Origin: Leucoraja erinacea
Lineage: Eukaryota
Direction of reading: 5' to 3'
Length of the DNA: 64,000 nucleotides
Assembly: GCF_028641065.1 (NCBI RefSeq)
Contig: NC_073414.1
Span: 6,882,001 to 6,946,000, forward strand
Each line of letters begins with the position of its first letter. The first letter of the stretch is position 1. The translations under genes were made by a program, and so were the position numbers. The notes under the pieces are model-generated. The model was not told where the DNA came from. It saw nothing but the letters and a program-made list of their open reading frames with translations, and made no database searches. This document shows, one piece after another, positions 22,985 through 40,900 of this stretch.

Positions 22985-23587
22985 CCTTGATCCTCTGCAA
23001 TAGACGAGGAGCCTGCGGGTGAAAAAAAACTGAAATTCTGCCCGCCCTGTCCCAGGCCCACCCAGGCCAATGTTTGCTGAGCTCAAACGGATTGGTTTAG
23101 CAACCCAAAAATCGCGTGGAATGTATTTCCCAGGGGGGACAGGCTCGAGGTAAACAACTTAAGAATAATCCCCTTATTGTAAACTTTTAAGCATAACAGT
23201 CAGTAGTGTGTTTACACTCTCTGCAAGGCGGAATAAAAATATTTCCCCCCAAATCCTGCTATTTGAGCTGGATTGGAAAGTGTTTTGGAACAGCAGATTC
23301 AGGGACAGTTTCTACCCAGCTGGTATCAGGCAACTGAATCATCCTACCACAACTAGAGAGGAGTGTTTAAGAGGGAACTGCAGATGCTGGAGAATCGAAG
23401 GTTACACAAAAAGCTGGAGAAACTCAGCGGGTGCAGCAGCATCTATGGAGCGAAGGAAATAGGCAACGTTTCGGGCCGAAACCCTTCTTCAGACTGGTTT
23501 CAGAGAGCAGTCCTGAACTACTGTCTATCTCTTTGATGACCCACGGACTATCCTTGATCGGATTTTGCTGGCTTTACCTAGTACTAG

Positions 23588-24265
23588 GTGGAAGGTGGAA
23601 TCTCATGTAGATAGGGTGGTAAAGAAAGCTTTTGGTGTGCTGGCCTTTATAAATCACAGCATTGAGTATAGAAGTTGGGCTGTAATGTTAAAATTGTACA
23701 AGGCATTGGTGAGGCCAATTCTGGAGTATGGTGTACAATTTTGGTCGCCTAATTATATGAAGGATGTCAACAAAATAGAGAGAGTACAGAGGAGATTTAC
23801 TAGAAAGTTGCCTGGGTTTCAGCAACTGAGTTACAGAGAAAGGTTGAACAAGTTAGGTCTTTATTCTTTGGAGCGCAGAAGGTTAAGGGGGGACTTGATA
23901 GAGGTCTTTAAAATGATGAGAGGGATAGACAGAGTTGACGTGGATAAGCTTTTCCCACTGAGAGTAGGGAAGATTCAAACAAGAGGACATGACTTGAGAA
24001 TTAAGGGACAGACGTTTAGGGGTAACATGAGGGGGAATTTCTTTACTCAGAGTGGTAGCTGTGTGGAATGAGCTTCCAGTGAAGGTGGTGGAGGCAGGTT
24101 CCATTTTATCATTTAAAAATAAATTGGATAATTATATGGACGGGAAAGGGATGGAGGGTTATGGTCTGAGTGCAGGTAGATGGGACTAGGGGAGAATACG
24201 TGTTCGGCACGGACTTGAAGGGCCGAGATGGCCTGTTTCCGTGCTGTAATTGTTATATGGTTATA
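23588..24265 (+). mobile_element. CR1-clade LINE 3' fragment (low divergence)
   Basis: 168-aa ORF LYKALVRPILEYGVQFWSP...RRRLRGDLIEVFK. Tail gttatatggttata. A near-identical copy lies at 55380-55815. Confidence 0.88.
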
Positions 24266-25415
24266 CTAAACGTTAGTCCCTTATCATGGTACGTGGCCTC
24301 ACTCTGCCAATGGAGATAGTGGTTGTGTTCGGGTGTTGCTATATGCAGTGTTCATTGATCTTGCTAGAGATCTTACAAGATCAGTAGGTACCACAGGAAA
24401 CTGAGAGAAGGCCATTCGGCCCTTTGAATGCGACCATGGCTGATCACCCAACTTCAGTCTGCTGACCCTACATGACACCTTTATCCAACTCCTTCCTGAA
24501 TATATTTGGTGGGTTGGTCCCAACAGTCTTCTGTGGGAGAAAGTTCCATAGATTCACCACTCTGGATGAAATAAATTATCCCAACTGATCCAAGATCAGT
24601 TCAGAGACCACCACCAATGAAATACATTTGGAAGAAACATTTTTACCCAAGAGTCTAATGTTGAACTTGCTGCCAAATGGAATTGATGTGATAACTAGCC
24701 AATTCTTTTTAAGTATTTGGGGAAGGGTCAAGGAATAAAGAATCAATGGACACTGTTAAATTGATGGCAGGAGGTATCAAAGATTCAATGTCATAGTCAT
24801 GCAGCATGGAAATAGGCCCTTCGGCCCAATTTGCCCACACCGGCCAACAGGACCCAGCTGTACTAGTCCGACTTGCCCGCATTTGGTGCACATCCCTCCA
24901 AACCCGTCCTATCCATGTACCTAAGTTTCGTAAACGTTGGGATAGTCCAACTACCTCCTCTGGCAGCTCATTCCATACACCCACCATCCTTTGGGTGAAA
25001 AAGTCACCCCCCACCCCCTATATTCCTAGATCTTTTCCCCTTCAACTTAAACCTGTCCTCTGGCCCTCGACTCCCCTACTCTGGGCAAGAGACTCTGTGC
25101 ATCTACTCAAATTAAATTCTATATGGAAAACAAATATGCTGATTATCCAAAACACAGTGCTGGTGTAACTGCGGCTCAGGAAGCATCTGTAGAGGTCTGA
25201 TGGGTCTCGACCCGAAACGTCACCCATTCCTTCTCTCCAGAGATGCTGCCTGTCCCGCTGAGTTACTCCAGCATTCTGTGTCTAGTGGAGGGGATAGATA
25301 GGTGACACCTTGGATCAGGACCCTTATCCAGCTCCGTAACACTGAAAACCAGATCTCAGGACATAAACAAACACACACACACAGTAGGTTATATATAAAA
25401 AGTTTTATTTTTTGG

Positions 25416-25460
25416 AAAGCTCCAGGTGCAATGTCATTGAGACTCTGGGTGAACAGCTTT
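25416..25460 (-). promoter_or_regulatory. U1A polyadenylation-inhibition element (PIE) in the SNRPA 3' UTR
   Basis: Minus strand AAAGC-UGUUCAC-CCAG-A-GUC-UCAAU-GAC-AUUGCAC-CUGG-A-GCUUU has the same stems and asymmetric loops as the human PIE. AAUAAA follows at 25409-25404, then a GU-rich downstream tract. Confidence 0.88.
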
Positions 25461-25922
25461 CTTGGTGCGATTAAGCAAACTTGCCTCAGTCAGCCAGACA
25501 CTCATTTCATTCACTCAAAGCTACAGGCAAATCAGGGCAGACTAACTGGAAGAAACTGAGTGGAGAGGAATCTCCATCCAATTCCTTCAGTCAGGGTTAA
25601 GGCCATTGCCAGTTTGGGAAGGACGGGGCAATTCAGATTGATGTACAGGGCCAGGTACACAACAAGATCCACAACACAATCTGAACATGCAGCTCCACCA
25701 AGCAAGATGCTTGGCACACTCACACGGGGAATTCGGGAACTCTTGTCGAGAGTCCACTGGGGCAGGGTGCAGCTGCTAAGAGGGCCTCTTCACCCTCACT
25801 TACCTGAGGCACCTAAACGTTCGAATCTAATACACAAACCAATTATTTCACTAATTATATAAAAACACAAAAGGGCTTTGAAAGCAAAGCCACAATTAAC
25901 CAGTGTGATCCACTTCAACCCC

Positions 25923-31837
<5,915 letters not shown>

Positions 31838-31993
31838 GGCTCTTCACCAAGCTAAATGAGACCCGACAGCTGTCTCTGCAATACAAACTTTGTCACTGCG
31901 ACAGAATACCAACAAACAAATCACTACAAGAGAGCAAAGGTCGACCTGAAATCACAAATTTAAATCCAAACACAGCAACTTAATCCTAAAGTA

Positions 31994-32093
31994 GGTTACA
32001 CAGAAAAGCTGGAGAAACTCAGCGGGTGCAGCAGCATCTATGGAGCGAAGGAAATAGGCAACGTTTCGGGCCGAAACCCTTCTTCAGACCCTA
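31994..32093 (-). mobile_element. Penelope-like terminal fragment with hammerhead core
   Basis: 12-bp TSD aatcctaaagta. CTGAAGA-A-GGGT-TTCG-GCCC-GAAA-CG-TT at 32087-32060. Confidence 0.72.
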
Positions 32094-32959
32094 AATCCTA
32101 AAGTATTTTGGCTTTGATCAGGAAACAACAACCAAAGATCAACACAGACCCTAACTGGTTTACAGACATCAAACAAAAGGATCCAATGTGATACGGGGAT
32201 GCAAGAGATTGCAGACAGTGGAATCTTCAACAAACAAAAGATTGCTGGATGAACCCAGCAGGCGAGACAGCAGCGGCTAAGGGAAATTGTGTTTTGGGTC
32301 AGGATCCTTCTTCAGATCGTGAGAAGAGTCCTGACTGGAAATGCCTGTCCATTTCCCTCCGTCTCACCTGCTGTGTTCCTCCCGTAGTTTGTTTTGTTCA
32401 ACATGGGTGCAATGCGACTGTGAATGGATTGAAGACCCCCAAGCAGCCCCATCGTGCTGCAATGAAACAATGCCACTCTTATCCCAACTCAACCCATTGG
32501 GTTACTCCAGCACTTTGTGGCTTTCATTGGTAAACCAGTATCTGCACTTCTTTAATACTTTCCCTGTACCTTGTTCAGTAAAACCCCACACTCTGCCTCT
32601 CCTCAGAACTGTTCCCCACTATAGCCCTAAGGCTTATGTTAACAAGAGTCTCATCATCCCCACCCCGTCACCCCCGAGGCTAACAACACTCTGCCCCTTC
32701 CTCCCTGCCACTCCACCCTCTCCTACAAACCCCTTCCCTCCCTCCTCTCCTCACCCCAACTTTCCCTCTCATCTACCCCTGCTTCTTTCCTCCTTCCTTC
32801 CCTCATTCCCCGCCCCTTCCCTCACGAACTAACCCTTTCCCATCCCTCCCTCTCCACGCCGTTCCCTCTGTGGCTCCACGCCGGCCATTACTCCCCCTAC
32901 ACAGACACGGTCTCCCCCAGCAACACCAGACTCACCCCCTCCCTCCCTCCCATAGAGGC

Positions 32960-34265
32960 CCATCAGACCCACGCGCCTCCTCCTTCCCTCCCCCTGGGCC
33001 GACCGGCACCGTAAGCCCCGCCCGCCGGGACGCGGGCCCTCTCCCCGCCAGCCCGGTAAGATGGCGGCCGTGAGGCCACGCGGGAGGGAGGGAGGGAGAG
33101 CCGGGTCAGCGCGTTACCCCGTGTACCGGCCGCTCCCCCGACTCACAATGGCCGCCGACGATCCTCCGCTCGATATCCCGCCGCCACACGTGTCCCCGAC
33201 GCCGCCGATCCGATGCAACGACGCGCCAACTGCCGGCCGCTCCTCCCGCCTCACCCGCTCCTTGGCTCCAACCGCCGGCCCCGTCACCGCGCGCACCCGC
33301 TCCAACCGCCAACCTCATGTCCCTGTCCCGCCCCCGCCCGCTCCCCATTGGCCAGCCCCGCCGCCCCATCCGCGCGCGCCGATTGGCAGCCGCCACCGTC
33401 GATCATCACCCGCCCCCCCCCCGCCCCCACCCATTGCCCATCGCCCCCCATCCGTGCGCGGCCCGCTACCGTCGATCCACCCGCCCGCCCCATTGGCCAT
33501 CCCCGCCGCCCTATCCGTGCGCTGATTGGCACCGCCACCGTCCATCACCCTCCCGCCCCATGTCCCGCCCCCGCCCGCTCCCCATTGGCCATCCCCGCCG
33601 CCCATCCGAACGCCGATTGGCAGCCGCTACCGTCGATCATCACCCTCCCGCCCCCGCCCGCTTCCCATTGGCCATCCCCCCGCCGCCCATCCGCACGCTG
33701 ATTGGCAGCCGCTACCGTCGATCATCACCCTCCATCCCCATCACGCCCCCCGCCCCCGCCCGCTCCCCATTGGCCATCCCCGCCGCCCCATCCGCGCGCT
33801 GATTGGCAGCCGCCACCGTCGATCATCACCCGCCCGCCCCCATTGGCCATCCCCGCCGCCCATCCGCGCGCCGATTGGCAGCCGCTACCGTCGATCATCA
33901 CCCTCCCGCCCCCGCCCGCTCCCCATTGGCCATCCCCGCCGCCCCATCCGCGCGCTGATTGGCAGCCGCCACCGTCCATCATCACCCTCCCTCGCAGCGG
34001 AAAGACCCGCCCAAAATAACCGCCGCCCTTTAACCCCGCGGTTTCTCACTAAGTTTATTCACGCCCCGCCGCTCCGGCAGCAATCATCCGCTCAGTTATA
34101 AACGCCCGCATCTTGTTTTTTTTTTTTAAATTTTAAACGTTTCTGGCCCGTTAAATGATGTCCGGAACCTGATTGGTGGGCGCCGGTGTCAATAACGACG
34201 ATGTGAACCAATCGGGCGAGGGGTGCGACCTGAAGGGTCCCGCCCCCATCGCGGTGACGTCATGG
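32960..34265. promoter_or_regulatory. Bidirectional CpG-island promoter shared by SNRPA and ACTMAP
   Basis: CpG island between divergent genes. YY1 motif AAGATGGCGGC at 33058, many CCAAT and GC boxes, CRE-like TGACGTCA near 34255. Confidence 0.75.
33320..33990. repeat. ~80-bp GC-rich minisatellite (about 8 units) of paired CCAAT boxes plus GC boxes
   Basis: Unit resembles cccgcccccgcccgctccccATTGGccatccccgccgccccatccgcgcgctgATTGGcagccgccaccgtcgatcatca. 14 ATTGG counted. Confidence 0.9.
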
Positions 34266-34917
34266 CCCTCCTCCCCCTCCCTCCATCTGTTGAGTTTAGC
34301 ACTTCCTCTGTCCAAGCCCATGCACTACTGTGCAAAGATCTGCTATAAGATATTTGCTACTGTGCAGGAAGGAACTGCAGATGCTGGTTTCCACTGGTGC
34401 CTCTGGTTTCCACCGCCCTCTGAGGCAGCGAATTCCACAGACTCACAACTCTCTGAGAGGAAAAGGAAAAAGTGGTTCCTCGTCTGGGAAGAAACCGGAG
34501 CACCCGGAGAAAACCCACGCGGTCCCAGGGAGAAGTTACAAACTCTGTACCCGAGGTCAGGGTCGAACCTGGGTCTCTGGCGCTGTGAGGCAACAGCTCT
34601 TCCGCTGCGCCACTGTGCCGCACAACCTCCCTAATGACAACTGCCTTCCCCTTTCCCGCACCTTGCTCAATATCATCCTGCACTCCCTCATCTCTCCTCA
34701 ACCTACTCCGCTCATTGCCTTAATGGCCCTACATCCCAGTCTGTGACGAATGCAGAATGTGTTTGGCATTAAAACCTAGACTAATTGTCACTATTTTTTC
34801 TCTTGCGTACGGGATTCCCAATTACTGAAGAAAAGTTGGCAAATACAGATTGAAAAATACCAACATTCAGAGGATGCCCAGCCTGTCTAATGAAACCATT
34901 GAAGCGTAAATTAACTG

Positions 34918-37900
34918 ATGTCGAGTGCGAAGTCCAGAACACAAATGTCGCAACAACGGAGGGCAGGTTCCTGGGAGGACAACTCTGTGATCTGTTCAGA
35001 ATCAGAAAGTTTGCAACCACATCTACCTCCCCCTCCCCCCCCCCACCCCCACCCCCACCCACCCCCACCCCCTCCGTGTTCCACCCCACTACCATCACCT
35101 GCAAAGAAGCTGTACCAAGTTCTTGCAGAAGGCCAATTGAAGCCAAGAAATGTCCGAGAAGAATTGAAGGCGCTATTCCAGAATCGATCTGACAGGTACA
35201 GAAACCTAAACAATGCGAGCCTGCTTATGGTTTGCATGTCTTTCATTCATTTGTTCTATATCTCTCTATACCACCATCTACATCTCTCGTTTCCCTCTCC
35301 CCTGACTCAGTCTGAGGAAGGGTCTCGACCCGAAACGTCACCTATTCCTTTTTGCCAGAGTTGCTGTCTGACCTACTGAGTTGCTCTAGCTTTTGTGTCT
35401 ATATCCCCTGCTAATTGTTACCTCCTTTGTCTCTCTCTGGCTGGCTGCTAATATCAATAGGCCGGCACAGTGGCGGAACGGGTTGTGAAGCTGCCTCACA
35501 GCGCCGGAGTGCCGGATTCGATCCTGACTGCGGGTGCTGTCTGTGTGGAGTTTGCACGTTCTCCCTGTGACTGCATGGGCTTGCTCCAATTTCTTTGCAC
35601 ATCCCAGTGCTTGTGTGTTTGTACGTTAATTTGTCCTCTGTTAATTTGCCCCTGGTATGGATGAGAGTGAGTTAACGTTGAACTGGTATGAACGGATGAT
35701 CGGTGGACTTGGTGGGCCAAAGGGCTTGTTTCTATGCTGTATCCTTCAATAACTGCAGCAGCATTTGGAATATTGCATGTGGTTCATGTTGCCCTGCTCC
35801 AGGGAGGATGTGGAGAAAGCGTGCAGAATAGGTTTATCACAATGACCCCTTGATTACAGCGCCTTAACTACAGGGAGAGATTGAACAGATGAGAGTCCAG
35901 TGTTTAAGAAGGAACTGCAGATGCTGGAAAATCGAGGGTAGACGAAAGTGCTGGAGAAACTCAGTGGGTGAGAGTCCAGTACAGTTCTATGTTAGGCGGT
36001 GGAGGCCGGTTCTCTGGATGCTTTCAAGAGCGAGCGAGCTATGGGGAGAAGGCAGGAACGGGGTACTGATTGGGGATGATCAGCCATGATCACATTGAAT
36101 GGCGGTGCTGGGGTCTACTCCTGCACCTATTGTCTATTGTTTATAAAGATAGCGGATAATATTGAACTCTGTGTGATTAAAGGCACAAACAAGGAACCTT
36201 GAATACAGCTAAGTGTTGGACAAGCTGATTTTACATCCAATGCAGTTGCGAAGAGTGAGAGGGGACTTGACTCAAACACATACGCCATGAGGGGATTTGC
36301 CAGGGTAGATGTAGCGAGGATTGTTTGTTGTGGAGAATCCAGAAGTAAAGGTTGTTGTTTCAATGTAAAGGGATTGCCCGTAAGTTCATAAGTGACAGTA
36401 GCATAAGTAGGCCATTTGGCCCATCAAGTCTACTTCATTCAACCCGTACTAAGAAAGAGTTGAGGCACTTTTATTTCTTGAAGCGTAGAGTGTGTTTGGA
36501 ACTTTCTTCCTTAAGGGGTGGTGGAAGCAGTCTTCCAATGGGGAGGTAGATAGATTATTGATCGAAGGGCCGGGGAGAATAGGCTGGCAGATACTCGCTG
36601 CAAGTCTATTTATAATCTGAATCCTATTACAGTTTATTATAGCCTACTGAAAGCAGTCATGTCAGGTGCATTGCAAGAAACATACATCCACGCAGCATTT
36701 TAAACCACATTTTAATAGAGGCTTGTAAACTCCTATCTCACCAGAGACTACTTTACTGTACATGCTACTGTTTTTATTAAATGCTGATACATATGTTAAA
36801 GAACTCTGTTCCATTCTGTTGTATTTGTTTGTTTTTGGCAAAGGCACAAACATTTCACTGAATCCTTGAATACACGCTAAGTGACTTGGCCCTGTTCACA
36901 GGTTAGCTTTCTACCCGATTAGAGGCTGACAGTGCATCTTGTTGTCGTTACGCATTAATCTTGCACCCTTTGTGCTATTTCGTTTTGGTTTAGAGATACA
37001 GCGCGGAAACAGGCCCTTTGGCCACCTAGTCCGCACCGACCAGCGATTCCCGCACACTAACACTATCATACACACACTAGGGACAATTTACAGAAGGCAA
37101 TTAACCTGTACGTCGTAGGAATGTGGGAGGATAGCCGGAGCACCGGGAGAAGACACACGCAGGTCACGGGAAGAAGGTACAGACAGCACCCATAGTCATG
37201 ATCGAACCCGGGTATGTGGTGTTGTAGGGCAGCAACTCTATCTACCGCTGTGTTACCATTCCGCACACATTGAACATCATAACCCTGCGTGCTATTCAAC
37301 ATGGACCCTGTGAACTGTTTATTCCCAGTATAACATAGTTGCGGGCAGGTGTTTAAGAAAACTGCCTGGAAAATCGACACTGGAGAAACTCAGCGGGTGA
37401 AGCCATGGAAGTGGCAGGTGCGGGTCCTCATACTAAACAATGAAGCAATGAAAATTTTAGCAGATTATCTTTTTATTCTTTCAGTTTTAGCAAAGAGTTG
37501 AACTGGCTGCTGATTAACAACCCGGTGCCCTCATTGATCCAGGATGGCCCACAGTAAGTAGCCATTCCCTTTTATTTGTAAACCATTCATTTGTCTAAAT
37601 CATTGGCATCTTGATATTTTTAAGAAGGAACTGCAGATGCTGGAAAAATCGAAGGTAGATAAAAATGCTGGAGGAACTCAGCGGGTGAGGCAGCATCTAT
37701 GGGGCGAAGGAATACATGACGTTTCGGGTTTGAGACCTTCTTCTGACAGAAGGAAAAAGGCAACGCCTCAGAGGGCGGTAGAGGCAGGTTCTCTGGATGG
37801 TTTCAAGAGAGAGCTAGATAGGGCTCTTAAAAATAGCGGAGTCAGGGGATATGGGGAGAAGGCAGGAACTGGGTACTGATTGGGGATAATCACATTGAAT

Positions 37901-40900
37901 GGCGGTGCTGGCTCAAAGGGCCGAATGGCCTACTTCTGCACCTATTGTCTATTGTCAATTTCTCCAGAAATGCTGCCTGACCTGCTGAGTTACTCCCGCA
38001 TTTTGTGTTTATCTTTGGTATAAAATCGCTGCATTCCTCAGCTCTGCTGTTTCAAAGGTTTTCTTCTATTCCAGGTGCGGCATGGTTGCTCTCTGGATGG
38101 CTGGACACTTGCTGGACGCATCTGAAGCCGTGAGTCTGGAGAAGATTGTGAACTGTGCAGTGAAGAACAACTACACTGCTCAGGGAGAGATGTTCTCAGG
38201 TATCTATAACAAGCAGCAGGAGATAAGACAGTGACAGATAGATTCTTGATTAGTACGGGTGTCAGGGGTTATGGGGATTAAGGCAGGAGAATGGGGTTAG
38301 CAGGGAGAAATAGATAGAAACATAGAAATTAGGTGCAGGAGTAGGCCATTCGGCCCTTTGAGCCTGCACCGCCATTCAATATGATCATGGCTGACCATCC
38401 AACTCAGTATCCTGTACCTGCCTTCTCTCCATACCCCCTGATCCCTCTAGCCACACGGGCCACATCTAACTCCCTCTTAAATATAGCCAATGAACTGGAT
38501 CAGCCATGATTGAATGGCAAAGTACACTTGATGGGCTGAATGGCCTAACTCCGCTCCTATCACATATGAACATACAACGCTGCTTCCTCCGCATGTCTGA
38601 TAGACTCCCATCCTCTCTACTTCAGCCTGGTTCAGTGATGTAGGTCACAGAACTAGTTTAGGCATAGGCACTAGTTTAAGAATTTCGATATTTCAACAGT
38701 AGCTAAACTGTGACATCCTTATGGACTAAGGCAATCTCTTGTGTATTTCCTGATTGCAGGTGATAATATGGTGAACCTGGCCAAAGAGGTCTTCACATGT
38801 CATGGTGAACTGCTCACTGATGGTTTAATGGGCAGCAACAGATCCAGAATACTGAGCCACCTGAAGGCTGGTTATCCCGTGTTAATACCGTATCCTTGGA
38901 AACGCTCGTCAAGGCGTCCCCTGCCCGTACTGACCTGGAGACACCAGGAACTGCAGATGCTGGGTTACAAAAAAAAAAGACACAACATGCTGGAATAATC
39001 CAGCGGGTCCAGCAGCATCTCTGGAGAACATGGATTTATGCCACTGTCCCACTTAGGAAACCTAAACGGAAACCTCTGGAGACTTTGCGCCCCACCCAAG
39101 GTTTCTGTGCGGTTCCTGGAGGTTGCAGGTGGTTGCAGGTAGTGGAAGCAGGTAGGGAGACTGACAAAAACCTCCGGGAACCGCACGGAAACCTTGGGTG
39201 GGGCACAAAGTCTCCAGAGGTTTCCGTTCAGGTTTCCTAAGTGGGACAGGGGCATTTATTCTCCAGAGATGCTGCCTGACCTGCTGAGCAGCACCAGCAC
39301 TCTGTGTCTTAGACAATAGACAATAGGTGCAGGAGTAGGCCATTCAACCCTTTGAGCCAGCACCGCCATTCAATGTGATCATGGCTGATCATCCCCAATC
39401 ATAACCCCATTCCTGCCTTCTCCCCCTATCCGTTGACTCCACTATCTTTAAGAGCCCTATCTAGCTCTCTCTTGAAAGCATCCAGAGAACCTGCCTCCAC
39501 CGCCCTCTGAGGCAGAGAATTCCACAGACATTATTTTGCCTCCCCTCCCCCAGTCTCAGTGTGGACCAGCAATCGCCTCGTGTCTTATTGTGACCCCCAC
39601 AATCCCCCAAGTCTCTCCTGACCACACTCCCCCCCTCCCCCCCCACAGTGACCCCACACTCTCAAGGCAACCAGTCCCAAACACCACCAATCCAACTAAG
39701 GCCACAGGGTGAAGAGCAACCACCTCATCTCCACCTCCAACGCCCCAACAAGGAATTTGTTTAAGAAGGAACTGCAGGTGCTGGAAAATCGTAGGTAGAC
39801 AAAAATGCTGGAGAAACTCAGCGGTTGCAGCAGCATCTATGGAGCGAAGGAAATAGGCAACGTTTCGGGCCGAATGAGATGGTGCTTGACCCGCTGAGTA
39901 TGTAAGCGGCATAAACCAGTATAAACTCAGTATAAACTAGCATCTGCAGTTCCTTCCTATGTATTTAAACATCCATGAGGTCGAGGGTTGCTGTGGAACT
40001 GCTAATGCCGGGTGAGAGGGCGCATGCTGCTAACACAGAGTAAATCGGTGTAATTCCATAACGACAGGAAGCTATGATGAAGATTTCAACCACGAGCCGT
40101 GCCTGAAGAAAGGACACAGAGCCCACTGGGCTGTACTCACAGGTGGGTCTCCCTTCGTGCCAGCGTGGCCCCCCTTCCCTTCCATTGCAATTGACAAGAT
40201 ACAGTCCAGCTTCACTGCCGATATCCTGGCAGTTTGTGGTCCGCAGCGCCTCCTTTAATCCGGACAAAATTCCGAGAGCGCACTTGAAATCCCCCTGTAA
40301 ACGTGCCGGGTGACTTCCACAGCCGAGCAGTGGCCGGGGCTATAGATCTCTGGCCGGAGCCGGAAGATCCGCTCCCATAGCCGACTTCAGAGGCCAACTC
40401 GGTCCCCCGACTGCCGAGGCGTACTGTTCCGGTACCATCCGACTCCTCTTGGAGATCTTGACCTCTGTTGGTCCGGTACAACGGATAATCCAGCAAGGTT
40501 TGGGAACCAAGGGTGCCAAAAAATCGGTGGTGGACCTGTATCTAATTTGCTCCTGATACAGATAAAGCATGGGAAGAGGTGCTGGAGGAGGTAGTTGAGG
40601 CAGGTACTACTGCAGCGTTTAGAAACATTGGACAGGTACGTGGATAGAACAGGTTTAGAAGGATATGGGTAAAATACATATAGGTTGAACTAGTGTAGAT
40701 GGGACATGTTGGGCGGTGTGGGCAAGTTTGGCCGGTTTCCCTGCTGTAGGACTCTGTGGATGACAATAGACAATAGGTACAGGAGCTGGCCATTCGGCCC
40801 TTCGAGCCAGCACCGCCATTCAATGTGATCATGGCTGATCATCCCCAATCAGTACCCCATTCCTGCCTTCTCCCCATATCCCCTGACTCCGCTATTTTTA

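Noticed and set aside
33061-34101. Pro/Arg-rich ORFs between SNRPA and ACTMAP
   Set aside because: Translations of the GC-rich promoter minisatellite.
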